Source: Thecamonas trahens ATCC 50062
Lineage: Eukaryota; Protista; Apusomonadida
DNA length: 8,705 nucleotides
Assembly (NCBI RefSeq): GCF_000142905.1
Contig: NW_013657584.1
Location: 1-8,705 of the forward strand
Direction of reading: 5' to 3'
The notes under the pieces are model-generated. The model was not told the origin of the DNA. It searched no databases and worked only from the letters and a program-made list of their open reading frames with translations. The stretch's first letter is position 1; each line of letters starts with the position of its first letter. Positions 6,861 through 8,705 of the stretch are shown here, piece by piece. The translations under genes and the position numbers were made by a program.

Positions 6861-7524
6861 GCGGCTTGAGCCTGTGGTCTGTCTCGACAATCACTAGAAC
6901 CGATGCGATGGTGATGGGTACTACATGCTGTGCGACTTTCACGTCTGCTGGACGTGTGCCTGTAGGAAGGACGGCATGTTGTGGGAAAGTGCGGATGCTG
7001 TGCGGCGGGCGGGGGCAGGGGGGGTCTCTGTGATGATGCTGATTGCGATCGGGGCGATGGCCGCGGTGGAGCGCCGATGAGCCTTGCGGCGATGGTTACG
7101 ACATGACGTGAGGGGATAAATGGTCATCGGGCGGTTGGTACTGGGGATGTGGGCCACGGACTGAGTACATAGTTGTGACGAGCACTGCGATGCGAGTGCG
7201 TCATGGGGCGTGGCCACGACTGAGGAGTATGCGTGGATGGCTTTATCGACTGGCCAGTTGCTGGACAGCAGGCTCGTGACCAGCAAGCAGGTGATGGGAT
7301 GGGAGAGGATAGATATCTGCATCATCCGTCAGTCTGTCCGATGAGTGTGTGTCGATGCTTGGATGGAATGGGAAGGTGGAGGGAGCCGAGCAGTGATCAC
7401 CAAATTCTTTCGGCGACGGACAATTCAGAACTACGTACGACAACGGCTACCACACAACACTCACCGCTTCTCCACGGATCTCCGCCAAGTCGACAATCCG
7501 TTTATTGGTCCCCATTCCGTACCC

Positions 7525-8705
7525 ATGGCGGCAAGGCAAGGCATGTTAGCGTAGCAAGCAGAGCTTGATGCTTTTACGCGATCGAGGCCCGGTAGGAGGG
7601 CGTCCTTCAGGTGTTCGCAGACGAGAGTTGGCACAACGCCCACTTCCCCAGCAGCCCTTCCGACGAGGATGTGATTAAGTTTGCCGAGGCCATCGTCTCC
7701 TTCACACACTATCCGAGCGTGGCCAACACGTGTACTTCGCAGACACGGACAACCACAGAAGCCAGTGGCGATCCCATGCCGCTGCCAGCTGGTGCCAAGG
7801 TTGCCATCGGGCTCGACTCGCACGCACCTCGTCCAAACTGGATTGTGCCCTGTTGCCGATGGTGGCGCGCGGCGACGAGCCTGCGATGGTCCTGGACTAC
7901 TTGTGTCGGCCAAGCTGGAGAAGCTCATGGATAGCGAGAACGTCATGGTCAGTAGCTACAACGAGTTCAAGTCCTGTATCATCTACACAAGCAGCCGCCG
8001 CGGGGTCGACTTGAATCGGGCGCGCTTGATTGTAGTGGTCGGCCAGGACAAGATAACAGTGCGGCTCCTGCAGGCGCTGTACGCGGCGTCGGATGTAGCG
8101 GTCTTGGCACACAGCCAAGTACTCGGTCGAGGGGCTCGGGATGCTGCGCGGGCGGGGCAGCCCGAGCGAGCTCGTGTACATCGATGCGGATGGTAATGAC
8201 TGTATGCTGTGTCTCCCAGCCCGCCCCATCCACTACCACGAGTCCGCCTACGCCCGCAGGCCCACTGTTGCCGAGGAGTGGATCGTGCCCGCCAAGTTTG
8301 TCGGGGAGGACCAGTCGTCCGGCAAGGCGTCTCGCGCCGGGGGTGAGCTGATGCGCCGCTTCAAGGGCCGCGCAGAGCTCGAGAAGGCGCGATCGGGCAC
8401 GTTTTGGTGGCACCGGTCAAACAAGAAGCACCTTTGGGCATATCCTCTCGAGGTTGTTGACAGGGGTGATGTGTCCTCTTCTTGGGCCGTCCTCGGGCGC
8501 GAGTGTCCGGAGGCTGTGCCGGCGGAAGACGATGCCAATGACGACAACAGCTGCGTCAAGGGCAATACGACAAGCTTGGTTCAGTTCCTGGCATCGACAG
8601 ATTGCGGCGCCGCCATCGACCAAGCGGTGGCCATGGAGTGCAAGCACTTGCGGATGTACGGGGTCCGCAAGCGGGTTCATGACACGGTGGCTGTCTTGGG
8701 CATGT
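7525..8705 (+). pseudogene. Disrupted gene of unknown family (stops and frameshifts in 5' half; 3' ~200 codons open to the window edge)
   Basis: Protein-like segments lie in successive frames: EGVLQVFADESWHNAHFPSSPSDEDVIKFAEAIVSF; KLDCALLPMVARGDEPAMVLDYL; SAKLEKLMDSENVMVSSYNEFKSCIIY...RLIVVVGQDKITVRLLQALYAASDVAVLAH. Then 8099-8705 is open: TAKYSVEGLGMLRGRGSPSELVYIDADGNDCMLCLPARPIHYHESAY...EEWIVPAKF...FWWHRSNKKHLWAYPLEVV...VHDTVAVLGM. Confidence 0.5.

Noticed and set aside
6069-7315. Terminal inverted repeats (AAAGCCATCCA/TGGATGGCTTT; CCCATCACC/GGTGATGGG)
   Set aside because: The short matches are not collinear as an inverted pair and are explained by the opposite compositional skew.

Overview
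GC-rich draft-assembly window, probably from a unicellular eukaryote. The genes look intronless, and there are CCAAT/CRE-like promoter motifs, a (GT)n microsatellite, N-glycosylation sequons and Cys-type LRRs. The style recalls protists such as apusomonads, but this cannot be confirmed here. Three N gaps all fall inside coding tandem repeats. Gene 1 (minus strand, ATG 3246, runs off the left edge) encodes a large secreted or surface protein: signal peptide, about 14 Ca-binding FG-GAP/VCBS-type beta-propeller blades of ~51 aa, then a Chlamydia Pmp-like GGA(I/V/L)...FxxN beta-helix. It has two 1-nt frameshifts at the same blade position. Gene 2 (minus, 3863..5977) encodes Cys-containing LRRs, ankyrin repeats with an internally duplicated ~50-aa cassette, and a C-terminal heptad coiled coil. 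To the right are a weak unassigned minus-strand ORF and a plus-strand, multiply disrupted gene of unknown family running off the right edge. No RNA gene, CRISPR array or recognisable mobile element was found.
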